NCBI GenBank assembly: GCA_046563655.1
Contig: CM102284.1
Span: 7,378,001-7,442,000, forward strand
Length of the DNA: 64,000 nucleotides
Source: Yuukianura sp. NJ FZ-2021
Taxonomy: Eukaryota
Reading direction: 5' to 3'
Numbering within the stretch: the first letter of the stretch is position 1; each line of letters begins with the position of its first letter. Both the position numbers and the translations under genes were made by a program. The notes below the pieces were generated by a model. It saw only the letters and a program-made list of their open reading frames with translations. It was not told the origin of the DNA and did not search any database. Below are positions 14,301-25,136 of the stretch, piece by piece.

Positions 14301-17300
14301 AGGAGTACCATTCCCACCAGAAACATGTGAAGGAACTTCATTATCTCAAGCCTTGCTGCTTTTTAATTTTTGAAAACTTGGAAGTTGAAGAATGAGTTGA
14401 GGGTTTTCCAAATTACTGTTATTTATAAACCTCCGCTTCCTTTCTTGTTCAAATAGTAATTAATTTGAAAATAATAGAGAAACACTCCTCACATCCGTAT
14501 TAGTGTCGTGACACATGAAAGTTTTTGAAGAGTTTTTTCAGAAATTGAACAATTCAAACATGCCTATTCAAAAAATTGAAAAAAAGAAAAAGAAAAAAGA
14601 TAGGATGTTACTAATTTGCGTGATTTGCATCGTTTTTGACAAAAGAAAAAGTCAAATTAATCAATCAAATTGACATGTTCGTCCCTTGTGACCTTGTGTT
14701 AGAGTGAATAGGATTTCCGGACGTAGGTCAGGTCATGTGATTGAATTGAAATTTGAAATGCCTGAGTTAAAAGTGACAAAATTTACACTTACATGAGTTC
14801 AAGGTAAGCAAAGTTTTCTAGACTTTTTTTTGATGTTTCGGAAACGATTTCGAAAAAACGTAATGGAGCTTAACGAAGCATCTGAACGTTGATGGAACAC
14901 ATCGTTTGTACAGTGCGTTCCTGTCATAAATTAGTTGAACATCTTGTACTAAAAGACCCGCGTCATTTATTCTCCTTTAGTTTTCCCCACCATTCATTTC
15001 AGGAAAAGCGTTTTTTCCAGTGTAAGCGTCTAAAGTGTCACAAAATTTGAGCACTTTGAGCTCAAATCTCCAGTGACTCCTTCCCATTCATTTCAATTAT
15101 GCTTTCCTCCGTAAGGTTTCCTTTATTAAGACTAATAATTTCAACCTACCCAGCACAAAATCCTCATTCCAAATTAGTGAAAGTTGAAATGAAAAGTTAC
15201 TGTTAGGTAGGTTTTGCTAGAAAGTTTGAAATAAAGCTTCTCTGTGCTATCTGAGCCTCGTAAAATGAAATTTTGTAAGTCTTGGAAGGATCATGTTCTA
15301 AAAACCTTAAAATTTAGCGTACAACGTGAGAAATGAGAAAGTGGTTCGATAATGAATATGGAAAGGTTTCTGTTCTCTGTTGTGGTGGTCTACATTTCAA
15401 TTTCCAACTAAACTTGTTAGTATGAAATTGTCGAGTTTAGTTTACCAACTGTTGAAGTTTAGAATTAGCAATTGAAATGAACTTAAAACTGAACGGAGAT
15501 GTGTGTGTTTGTGTGTGCTTTGTGTGTTAGAAAGACGGTGCGCATTATTCACCTTTTCGGTAGCTTTGCACGAAGTACCTCTCTTCTGGTTGCAGTAAAT
15601 TTTAAGTGCTGATTGTACCCACCAACTTTAAAATGGTTGCTATTCTTTTCCTGTTTACTTTAGTGGTTATTGTTTAGTTGTAAAAATGATTTTGGACAGT
15701 GGGTACAAGGAGGTGACTTTTGGTTTACTTCAACCGTATGCTCCTTTGATCTTTTCTAAAATGTTTGGCTCATCATAAATTCAATAGGCAATGTGATTCC
15801 CATATGCATTAAGGCTAGAGTTGAAGGTTTTTGAAGATGTCGACTATGGCAAAAGCCAAGACAATGGAAAAGTTCAATTTCTCAAAAAACCCACGCTCCA
15901 GAAACAGAAATGGACTCCACAGATAATAGAGAACTGTCTAGAAGTCAATTTATTCATTAGAAAATAGGGGAAGCTTCTTGCTGCTCTTGTTCAAAATTTT
16001 TAGAAAAAGTTTGGAATGCGGCGTACCACGGAGTAGGTCTAGAAAGAATTTAGATTTTAGAAAAAGTGCCAAGCTTAAGACCCCGAGCTCGCTCTTTTCT
16101 GCCCCTGATGAATGGCAAACATTGTGAATTGTGATGTTGGTACAATTTATTTCAAAAAATAGATTAAAGAAAGAATTTTTAAAAAGCGAAATTTTTTAAA
16201 GCAAATGTTACATTTGCCTTGTTCCGAATTTTCAAGTTCTTATTTTTGACATTAAATAATTATGAGCGTTCTCCTCCTCCGACTTGCGTTACACAATTTA
16301 TTTTTGTGAAGACAAAAGGAAAATGAACAGGGGAGACACAGTTTTGTAACTGTCAGTTTTTTTTTCCAGTAGTAGTGCTTCCAAGATGTGTAAAATTAAC
16401 CACCCAAGAATATTTTGAAAACCTGGCAGCTTTGCTAAGGATTAGTTTTTTAAAACACGACAACTCATTTTTTAAAACAAAGAAAGTGAAAATTAGAATT
16501 TTGAAAAAAAGTTAAGCCGAGTCTTGTCTGTTTAATCTCTGCGGCGCAATTTCTGGAATTGGTCTGCAAAGTGGTGAAAGTTGTAAATCTGAAGAGTAAC
16601 TCGAAGGATTTATGGCTAATTGAGTCTAATGGGAATTTAGCTTTAAGAAGAGAGCGAGAAAGTGAAGAAAGTAATTTAGAAAGTGAAATTTTCTATTTTA
16701 AACTTGAAAGAGTCTTTTTTGAAAGAATTTTAAGTAATTTCTTTTGTGTTTTTAGATTACTCTGAGGGCTATGAGAATGGTGAGACTGAGTGTGGACTAC
16801 TTCCTTATGATGACACGGTCTACTATGGACTACCTCCAGAAACTGCTGTCTTCACTGACCCAAATACTGGACAAGTTTACTATGGTAAGAACTTTTTTTT
16901 TGGAAATTTACTTTCTCTGTTTGAACAAAAGTTAAATTGAATTTTAAGATTTCGGAAATCCGTGGGATTCAAATTGAAAACTTTTAGTCACTCTTAACTT
17001 TTCCTTCGAATTGCAGCCCACACCAATCATCTCAAAACTTTTGCTCCTCTCGAAAAAGCTAAACCTTTCACAAAATTCGATATCAAACATTGACTTTCAC
17101 CAGAGAAATGTACAAAGTGTGTCAAAAGTACGGCATTTGTTCGAAACTGCGAGTTGAGGAACATTACTTACGTCTTAACACAAATGTTAAAAAAATTCGA
17201 AACAGTTCATATTTTTGGAGGATGTTTTTTGAAGCAGAGCGACAGTTTGTAAAACCTAATGTGTTGTGTTGTGCAAACATCCTGTACGCGTGAAAATGAC

Positions 17301-20300
17301 TTTGAAATGTTCCACCACATTAGAATTGGAAAAGAATAGTTTTTAGTTTTAGTTTTTTGAAGACACGTAATTAGGAGTTCAGAAATGCATTAAGGAGGAA
17401 CTATAGCTCATCACTCCATCATCACTTCTTCACTTCTTTTCTTTGTGGTCCAAGTCTTCTTTGAAATGCGTCTTCATTAACATAGCATATCTTCATTCTT
17501 TCCACTTCTTCTTCCTAAAGTAATTGCATTTTCCAGTACTATTTTCAAAAACGAAGTGACAAAGAATCTAGGAATCTATTGTGTTTCTAAAGTTAGAGAC
17601 TCGTATAGCACTGCAAAGACTTCTTTTTCCATCGTTTCTGTAATAACCTCTAAGAGCCAACTTGTGCTTTGCATTTACTGGGGACCTTGTAGTACATTAT
17701 AATAAAATAGGAAGAATAGGGCATTTCGAGAGAAATAATTTTCGGGGAATTGGAGGCCAAGTCAAAGTGAAAGCACGAGGCAAGGAGAAAGTAGCGTGGG
17801 TGGAGCCTTGAGCAAGTTCTCAATTTGTGGGGGAAAATACTAATGGAAAAAGGATTGTAAGAATAGGAATATGGGTTTAGGCTAAATACTTGAAGGCAAA
17901 TGAAATACTTGGTCACAAGAACATGAAAGTATTCTTGTTTGGATATTTTTTGGCGGGAGAAAGCAAAAGGATAAAAGAGCAACATTGGACTTTGGACTGT
18001 ATGTTTCTTTTTTTGGCGGAGAAAGTCGATATCAATTGAAGATTGATTGGACCTCATTAGGGAAAGTTCTCTTTAAACCTTTCAGAGACGACGGATATGT
18101 GACTTTTAGGCTACGCTGAACTTAAGCCTAATGCTTTGGGGAAATGGTGAATAAAAGGAAGTGGGCGAAGTAACTTTCTTTTGACGTTTTTCTTTTTTTC
18201 TCTTTTTTTTGTGGGAAGAGAAAGCGGCGGCCGGTTTAATCGAATGGTTGAAGTAAGGCAGAACGAGAAGAGTCGATTGTACCATGAAAATAAGTTTTTT
18301 CTGGTTGAAGTAGAGAGACGTGACACTTGGCAAGTGAAGGCTTGAAATAAATCATTTACGAATTGACGTTAGGAACGTGTGTGTGGTTAAAACAAAAAGT
18401 CGAGTTCCGGTTGACTTCAACCGGTCAACTTTCTCTTTGCTGCTTTCATTTTTGCTACCTCGGGAGTGGTAGCATTACATTATAGGTAAATCGAATGTTA
18501 GGTAGCGCCGCTCCTATTTTCCTTTTTATTGATGTCAACAAACATGAAATGAATGCGTAGATCGATTTTGAACTTTCCCTGGTAGTATGTGTGATTCAGA
18601 TAACTAGAGTTGAGTTTAGGCCTGTAATTTTGGTTTGTTACGGGAAATGACAACGGTGGTTTAGTTTTTCTCTGAGAGAAAAAGTAGTTTTCTTTTAAAA
18701 GAGAATTGTGACTAATGCTTTTTGTTGGTTTTTAAAGGTCAATCGAATGGGGAGTACTTTGATGCGTACCCTTTGAGTCCCGTGATGATGACTGGTGGCT
18801 ACCCGGCGCCAGTGTACTACCATCTCCCTTATCCAGGAATGGACTGGAACGGACTTCCAACACCTATCTACCCCATTGTGCCTCTCGGTCCACCACCGCT
18901 TGATGATCACCACTCAACAGTTCAGGTAACAACATAATTCAGACCGAAATTGTAAAAGAAAATGCAGAACTTTATTAAGATGGAGAGATTTTCGAAGTTT
19001 GAAAACTTTGAAATGACTAAGGTGTGAAACAGAGAAACGAGTGGAACAAGATACAAATTAGGTGAAAAGTTTTCATTGTTATAACGTATTCAAGGTTCAT
19101 TTTTGAAAATCTTTTGTTTGTTTAGAGCTTTATTAGAACGGCTCAACAAAGAAGCACTTTCCCCTCCTTATCCCTTTGTTTTGTGAAACTTTGTAAGGGA
19201 CTTGGAGAGCGGAGGGCTTACCTAATTGAAGGGCTCTCGAGTTTCATCCGATAATTTTACATTTAAGGGCTCCAAGAATTTGGGAGCTTTGAAAAGCTTT
19301 GGAATAAGGGAAAGTTTTGGTGAAAAGAGAAAGTGATGAGCTTTTGTTTGGCTCCTGGAGGCTTTTCAAAAGGAAGAAGTCAGTTGCTAGCTAAAAGAAG
19401 GAAGTAGGGGAACTCTTGCCAATTTTTACCTGGACTTTTCTAGTTTCTAAACATTCTAAGCTATAGTTGCTCGATGGTCTAAAGTAGTGAAGGAACGAAG
19501 GCAGCTAAGAGTGTATTTCGGATGCTGGTCGTCAGCTTCCTCTTGATGTAAAACCTAAAAGTCCTTGGACGAAAAAGTTGAAAACGCGTGACTCGAGCCA
19601 AAGTCAATGGGGAAGCTTGGTTTCTCCTCGAGTCTTTTCAAGTTCTTTTTGGCAAGCGTTCCGCATTCAAATAATGATTGTGTCGCTTCCGTATGGCTAG
19701 AAAAGCAGCGGAGCTAAAAGAGCAGAGGTGGAAATTTAGAAGATTGTCTATAAAAAGGAGGTGGAGACTTTAAAAGTTAATGGTAATGGCCATGTTCACG
19801 GCTAATTCAAAAAATCTCAGGCACACAATCCACTTTTCGAGACACAAAGTTGTTCAATAGTTGCACCCTTGAAAGTATTAAGTCGACGAAGCTGAAAAGT
19901 TATTGGCTCGGCGTGGGCTGCGAATTTATGAAACTTTTGGAATCCAGGACAAATGTGACGGAAAAAACCGACCTTGCTACATTTTTTTTCGTTTCTGCAA
20001 AAACCGAATTTATGGTGCACAACTAAATCGGTGTTGCAATTGCAATTACGGTTCGATAGGATTAATATGCTTTTTTTTTGTTGTTGTTACAGAATGGTGA
20101 AACACAAAAAGGTGACGGGAGTACTACGAGTAGCGTAAAAAGCGGTAGCGAAAGTTCAGTTGACCCTACTGTGGTAACGGGCAAGGCCGGGGGACGAAAA
20201 GGCGACGGTGTTACATCCACCACTCCCCTGACTAATGGGAACCATAAAAATTCCAAGACGAACAAGAAAAATGCTGGCGAAGGTGGAGCACTTTCGGATT

Positions 20301-23300
20301 CCAGCAGCAGTACTTCCTCCCGAGAGGGCTCTACTTCTACTTTGTCCTCAGCAGCTTCCACCCCTCTGTCTCCCCCCGGGGGTAACGGAGGTCAACTGGT
20401 CATGACCTCTCTGGCCATGTCAATGTCAAGTATGAGTATCGAAGGGCACCACCAACAGGCCCAGCAACTACAACCCCTTCATCCTGCAGGAGGTCTACCA
20501 CCACCTATTCCCGTGTCCCACTTTTTGGCGGCTCACACGGTCCCACCACCTCCGCAGACCCACCACCATCACCATCCTCATCATCATCCTCAACAGATTC
20601 TCTACCATCCGCATCCAGCAACATTTGTCTACGCTCCACCGATTTACAATGGTAAGTCATAAAATTTGTCACAATTTCAGCAGCTTATATTAAGTTGTCA
20701 ACTTTCCCTCGTATTTTCTTTGTTTTTTTCATTTTCAAAATAATTTAAAATTTTGCATTTACTATTCACAAAACGAATCGCTGGAGTCGTTTTAAATTAG
20801 GCCAGCCGTCCAACGTTTTTCATTTCTCCAAAAAATAATGCTTCTGACAGAAACAGTAGAGACGCTAATAATTCCGCTTCTAACTTCGGAAAATTTTTGG
20901 CACTGAACAAACTTTAAAATACGAAATTTCCGAGTGTTGAGTAGTTTATTTTTCAATTGTTGTTTAACTTGTGCTTTAGATATATTTTGCTTGGTTAATG
21001 CACAACTAAACGCTTCTTTTTTCAACGCATGTTTTGCTTTCTCCGTTTTCTCCTCGCTTGAAGTCATGAGTTTACCGTTGTTCAAGTATTACGATTGCTG
21101 ATTTAACTATAATTTTACTAATGGTAGTTTTGATTTTTTCGAAATTTTTTTTAATTACTTTTAAATTTTGGGCAATTTAGCACGATCCTTCATAAAATTA
21201 AGTGAATCTGAGAGAATTAGGTTGATTTTCCACTCTACCTCCTTTTGATTGATTGAGAATTTGAAATTGGCGAAGTAAGTCTTACTTTTGCGTCATTAGC
21301 GCCCGCATGAGGTGCCTGTTAAGAGATGCATTTGAGAGATTGTTCGTGCCAATGCATTCTATTTTGGGAGGCTCTTTGAGGTTCTTCTGCTTCCCAAAAG
21401 TTCCATTAAAACGAAAGAAGTTTCAAAAGAGAGAGCAGAGATCCTAATCCAAAAGCCAGGAAAAGACCAATGTTCAAGATGTTCTGTTAAGAAACAGAGA
21501 TGAAAAAAAGCATTTGTTTAAGTTCCAGCTGCTCAACTAGCATCTTCCTATAGTTTTTTAGAACAAAGTTAAAGAGATTATAGGAGGCAAAAAGAGTTCA
21601 TGCTCAGATCATCAGTGGGACTCTCAGGATCTCTGGTTCTTGAAAAGCCTCATTTACTGCGCAGAGAAGAAGTGAAAGTTAATCATTTGGAAATTGTCTC
21701 CTTAAAACGATTTTTTGTTAGAAGGTTAAAAATACCGAAAGTTAAATTATAGAAGCACGAGTGCATCATTATCCAGCAGCCTACTTTTTGTCTGTATGTG
21801 ATTTTGACTAAAAAGAATTTTGAATTGATTTCTTATTTCTTGTTTTTGAAAGTGGAAAGTTTTGATTTATGTAATCAAAATTTTGTGAAGATTTTGAATT
21901 GGAATGTCAAACCAAAACTCGACTTTGATTTTTTTTAATTTTAAATGAACGTTAGAGTTTTTTGTGTAAAAGAAACTAACCTAACCTTGTCCCTACTTTT
22001 TTTTTGTAGTTAGAAGCTCGGGTGCATTTTGTGGTGTTTTGTTTTTGTAGAATTTGGATTTCTAAAAAGCTTTTTCTTTGTGATTTTTGGAACTAAACGA
22101 CTAGACTTTTTATTTTAATTTTTGATTTTTTTAAATTTTTTCCAAATCCTTGTCCTTGTAGTTTAGCCTAGTTTTGTAAAATACTTGGAAAAGTCAGAAC
22201 AATTTGGAACTTGTGCTGTTGTTATTAGGTGTTGTGCTCCCGATTGCACCCGTTGCTTCTTCTGCCGAGTCTCAGTGCTCTCCAAGTAGTCGAAAAAAAC
22301 GTAAATTGCGTCGGAGAAAGAAAGATGATGGACAGGTTAGTTTCTTTTCTTTTCATTTTTGTTTTGTTTTTGTTTTGTTAAATTTTTATCTTCAAAACAA
22401 TTTTGAATTTTTGTTGTTATTTTTATGATCAAGGAAAAATGCATGAGATTTTTAAGGTTATTAAGCCAAATTCCTATGGGACTATTCTTGGAGCAACTTC
22501 TTTCTCTACGAGCATTTTTTCTATTTTTTCTGCTGTACACCCTACGCTTTCGGAATATTCTTTTGCTGATGTACACTTATTTTGGCTAAATATATTAAAA
22601 TAGCTATGAAAATATTAAAATATAAAATAAAATATTAAGTCTCAATAACTAAAAGAGAAACGCTTTCATACGGAGGAGGATTTCTGAGGATGAGAACTTC
22701 AGAGCAACATTAGGATTTTTATAAGATAAAATAAATTTTATAACGTCAAGATTGTTCTGAAACAATTGTGCAGAATATGCTGAACTTGGACTGTGAAAAG
22801 TGAAAACTTATTAAACTAAAAGTGATTTTTTTTTTCGAATTTCCAGTTGACAGATGAAAGTTCAGCAGAAGAGGACGACGACGGGATTGGTCCTTCAGAT
22901 GAACTCAACGATCCACCTCCAGAAGAACTAATTTCTACTACGAATTCTACTGTAACAAATTTACCTCCAATTACTTCTACTATCACTTCAACTTCATCTT
23001 CTTCTACTCCATCTTCCTCTGGCAGTTCACCTTCCAAATCCTCCAGCTCATCTCAAAATGCTACCAAAAAGGATTTGATTGTCAATGACGAAAACTGTCC
23101 TCAACTTCCAGAAAACGCTAACAAAGACGCCCTTCTTGCTAAACCCATCTCTCAAAACCCGTCTGCACCCAGCAATTGTTCCGAAATTGGTCCAGAACTA
23201 ATCCCAGCTCATCCTCCCGCTGAAGAAACTTTATTAGCTAATAAAATTGTTCAATCGACTCAGATTCCTGTTGCAAAGGACCCAGAAACTGTAAAACCTG

Positions 23301-24622
23301 AACCTGAGGGCTCACATTCGCAAAGCCAAGCGGATCCACAGGGAGAGGCAGAGACTACTAACGCTAATCCAGAAGAAACGAGCTCCGGTGGCCCCTCTTG
23401 TGCTGAACAAACTTCATCTTCATGCAAGAAGAAACCAGCAGTCCTTGGTTTGGATTTAATTACTGCGAAGGAGGAAGGATTAGAAGCAGATGAAGTCTCC
23501 CTGTCCCTTGAACCCAGTTCTCCAGATTCATTCAACACCACCCAGTCTCTCGCAGGGTCAGAGATCCCTTCAGTCTCAATCTCAGAAACAGACTTTATGA
23601 ATAGAACGACTTCGGTCGATGAAGTCGAAGAGGATTTACCACCAGAAGATTTCGGCAGTACTGACCTTGGGTCACCACTCAAAAAGCTCAAAAAGTCATC
23701 ACCACAGTCAAAGTCATTGGAGTCAGAAGAAGGTCAAGTGGAGAGACGCCACACTTTTGAAACCGAACAGTTACTGGAGAGTCATGACTCTCCGAATTTG
23801 ACAAGGCCCCAGGAGGATCTTGACCCGTTGACACCGCAATCAGACGCTGTTCCGATTCCAGCGCTGCTTCAGTCGTTTGACAGCAGTCCACCAGTTACAC
23901 CGAAAGAAACAGAACGATCGCCTAGTCTTGAAGCAATTTTTGAGAGGATATTGGAACCGTCAGTACTTCCTGGGCTCAAGGTCGAGACTCAGGAGACCCT
24001 TGACCCTGAACCTTTGGAACCGACGGAAGTCCTAGCTGAAGAACTCTGTGAAATTGGGGATGCGATTGCAATAGAAGCGGAATTCTGTCAGAGTCGGCCG
24101 TCAATTGCAACAACAGTTCCGCAGTCTCCAGCATCCGATGACGTTGAAAGTATTTCAATTCAAGTACCCAGTTTGACCTTCGTAGATGAAATTCCAGTAC
24201 CAACTGTAACCTTTACGGATGAACTTGAAGAACCGGTTGTGACTTGCGTAGATGAAATACAACTGCCGAGTGTGACCTACGAAGACGAAGTTGAAGAACA
24301 AAGTGTGACCTATGTTGATGCCTCAGAACGAGGTCAAAGTTGTTCCTCTCCACTTGACCGACCTCAATCCATTACCCTTGCTGTAGCAGAGTGGCTCAAA
24401 GTTCGTGGACCGGATGCTCTGACACCCGTCACTCAACTACAAGAACTTTTCCAGGAACTTGAACAAGTTGGGGACAACGACTCCGAAGAAGTTGACAGTG
24501 AAGAGGATGACGACGACTCCCTGTCACTTACAACAGAAGATTTGACAAAGTTAGACAGTTCAAGTGGACAACCCAAAACTACCCCGAGTCCCGCCGCCGC
24601 TTCAAACTGCTGTATCCAATGA
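2392..24622 (+). CDS. Uncharacterised ~1234-aa low-complexity protein: basic N-terminus, G/Y/R-rich region, acidic S/P-rich tail, C-terminal CaaX CCIQ
   Basis: Phase-consistent GT-AG exon chain: 2392-2434, 10831-11565, 13245-13412, 16756-16884, 18738-18925, 20093-20651, 22229-22335, 22847-24622 (3705 nt). ATG 2392 is the first in-frame ATG after TGA 2317, giving MGRKRKTRWRRLSMGGNSG. A 5' UTR acceptor lies at 2060-2061, and a tandem TAGAAG acceptor at 13242-13247. Confidence 0.82.
14078..14341 (-). CDS. Nested antisense small secreted peptide, 63 aa: signal peptide plus Ala/Lys-rich helical mature peptide ending in Gly
   Basis: Exon 14341-14273 gives MKFLHMFLVGMVLLAAVVDIQVE and exon 14200-14078 gives AEKIDAKIGEAVKAALDTAKSAGAKIATTMANVTRMATTG*, joined by a 72-nt phase-0 GT-AG intron. 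TATAAAT 14427-14421, Inr-like TCATTC 14395-14390 and AATAAA 13989-13984 all lie on the minus strand. Confidence 0.85.
14390..14427 (-). promoter_or_regulatory. TATA box plus arthropod initiator of the nested peptide gene
   Basis: TATAAAT lies about 30 nt upstream of TCATTC (TCAKTY consensus), which is about 50 nt upstream of the ATG. Confidence 0.65.
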
Positions 24623-25136
24623 CATGGAAACCTCTGCTTCGTCATTGCCCGTGACCTCTGACCCTGCTGACCCCACCGCCCTAGAGACGTGTGATCCTCA
24701 AAAATTTACTAAATACTATCAATTGGGAGTTGAATCCAAATTTGAACTTGGTTCAGAAGAGGACTTCAAGGATCCCGAAAATGACGTGATTATACAATGT
24801 GATGAAGACGAAGACCTCGGTACCTTTGACCCTGCATCCAGGAAAAGACTGTCACAAGACGATGACGTTCCCATTGACATGCCAAGGTCAAAGGTCACAA
24901 AAGGAGGAGCTCATTGTTACCTGAACCCCTTCTCCCTGGCCCAGGAGCTTGTGGGGGCAGGGGTCAAGGACGAAGGAATCCCTGAATCCTGGGACGTTGA
25001 CACAGAGCCGCTGCCTGACTACGTTTCCCCACCCCCAGACGACTTCCCCCCAAAATTCAGCCATCTTACACCCAAGATCCAGGTCATTCGGACTCAACTG
25101 GAACCTACTACAGGAAGATGTTGTGCGATTCAATAA
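24555..25136 (+). CDS. Overlapping +1-frame ORF in the same terminal exon, ending in a second CaaX (GRCCAIQ); 170 aa from ATG 24624, or a C-terminal extension by frameshift
   Basis: The frame is open from 24555 (after TAG 24552-24554) to TAA 25136 and overlaps the upstream ORF by 68 nt. GC content and acidic/Pro composition match the upstream coding sequence and drop abruptly after 25136. The ATG lies 1 nt after the upstream stop (TGA-C-ATG). Confidence 0.72.
   Translation, partial: TVQVDNPKLPRVPPPLQTAVSNDMETSASSLPVTSDPADPTALETCDPQKFTKYYQLGVESKFELGSEEDFKDPENDVIIQCDEDEDLGTFDPASRKRLSQDDDVPIDMPRSKVTKGGAHCYLNPFSLAQELVGAGVKDEGIPESWDVDTEPLPDYVSPPPDDFPPKFSHLTPKIQVIRTQLEPTTGRCCAIQ

Noticed and set aside
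24620-24661. Stop-codon readthrough at TGA-C as the explanation for the downstream ORF
   Set aside because: In-frame readthrough meets another TGA after 12 codons and cannot reach the +1 ORF; it would only remove the CaaX.
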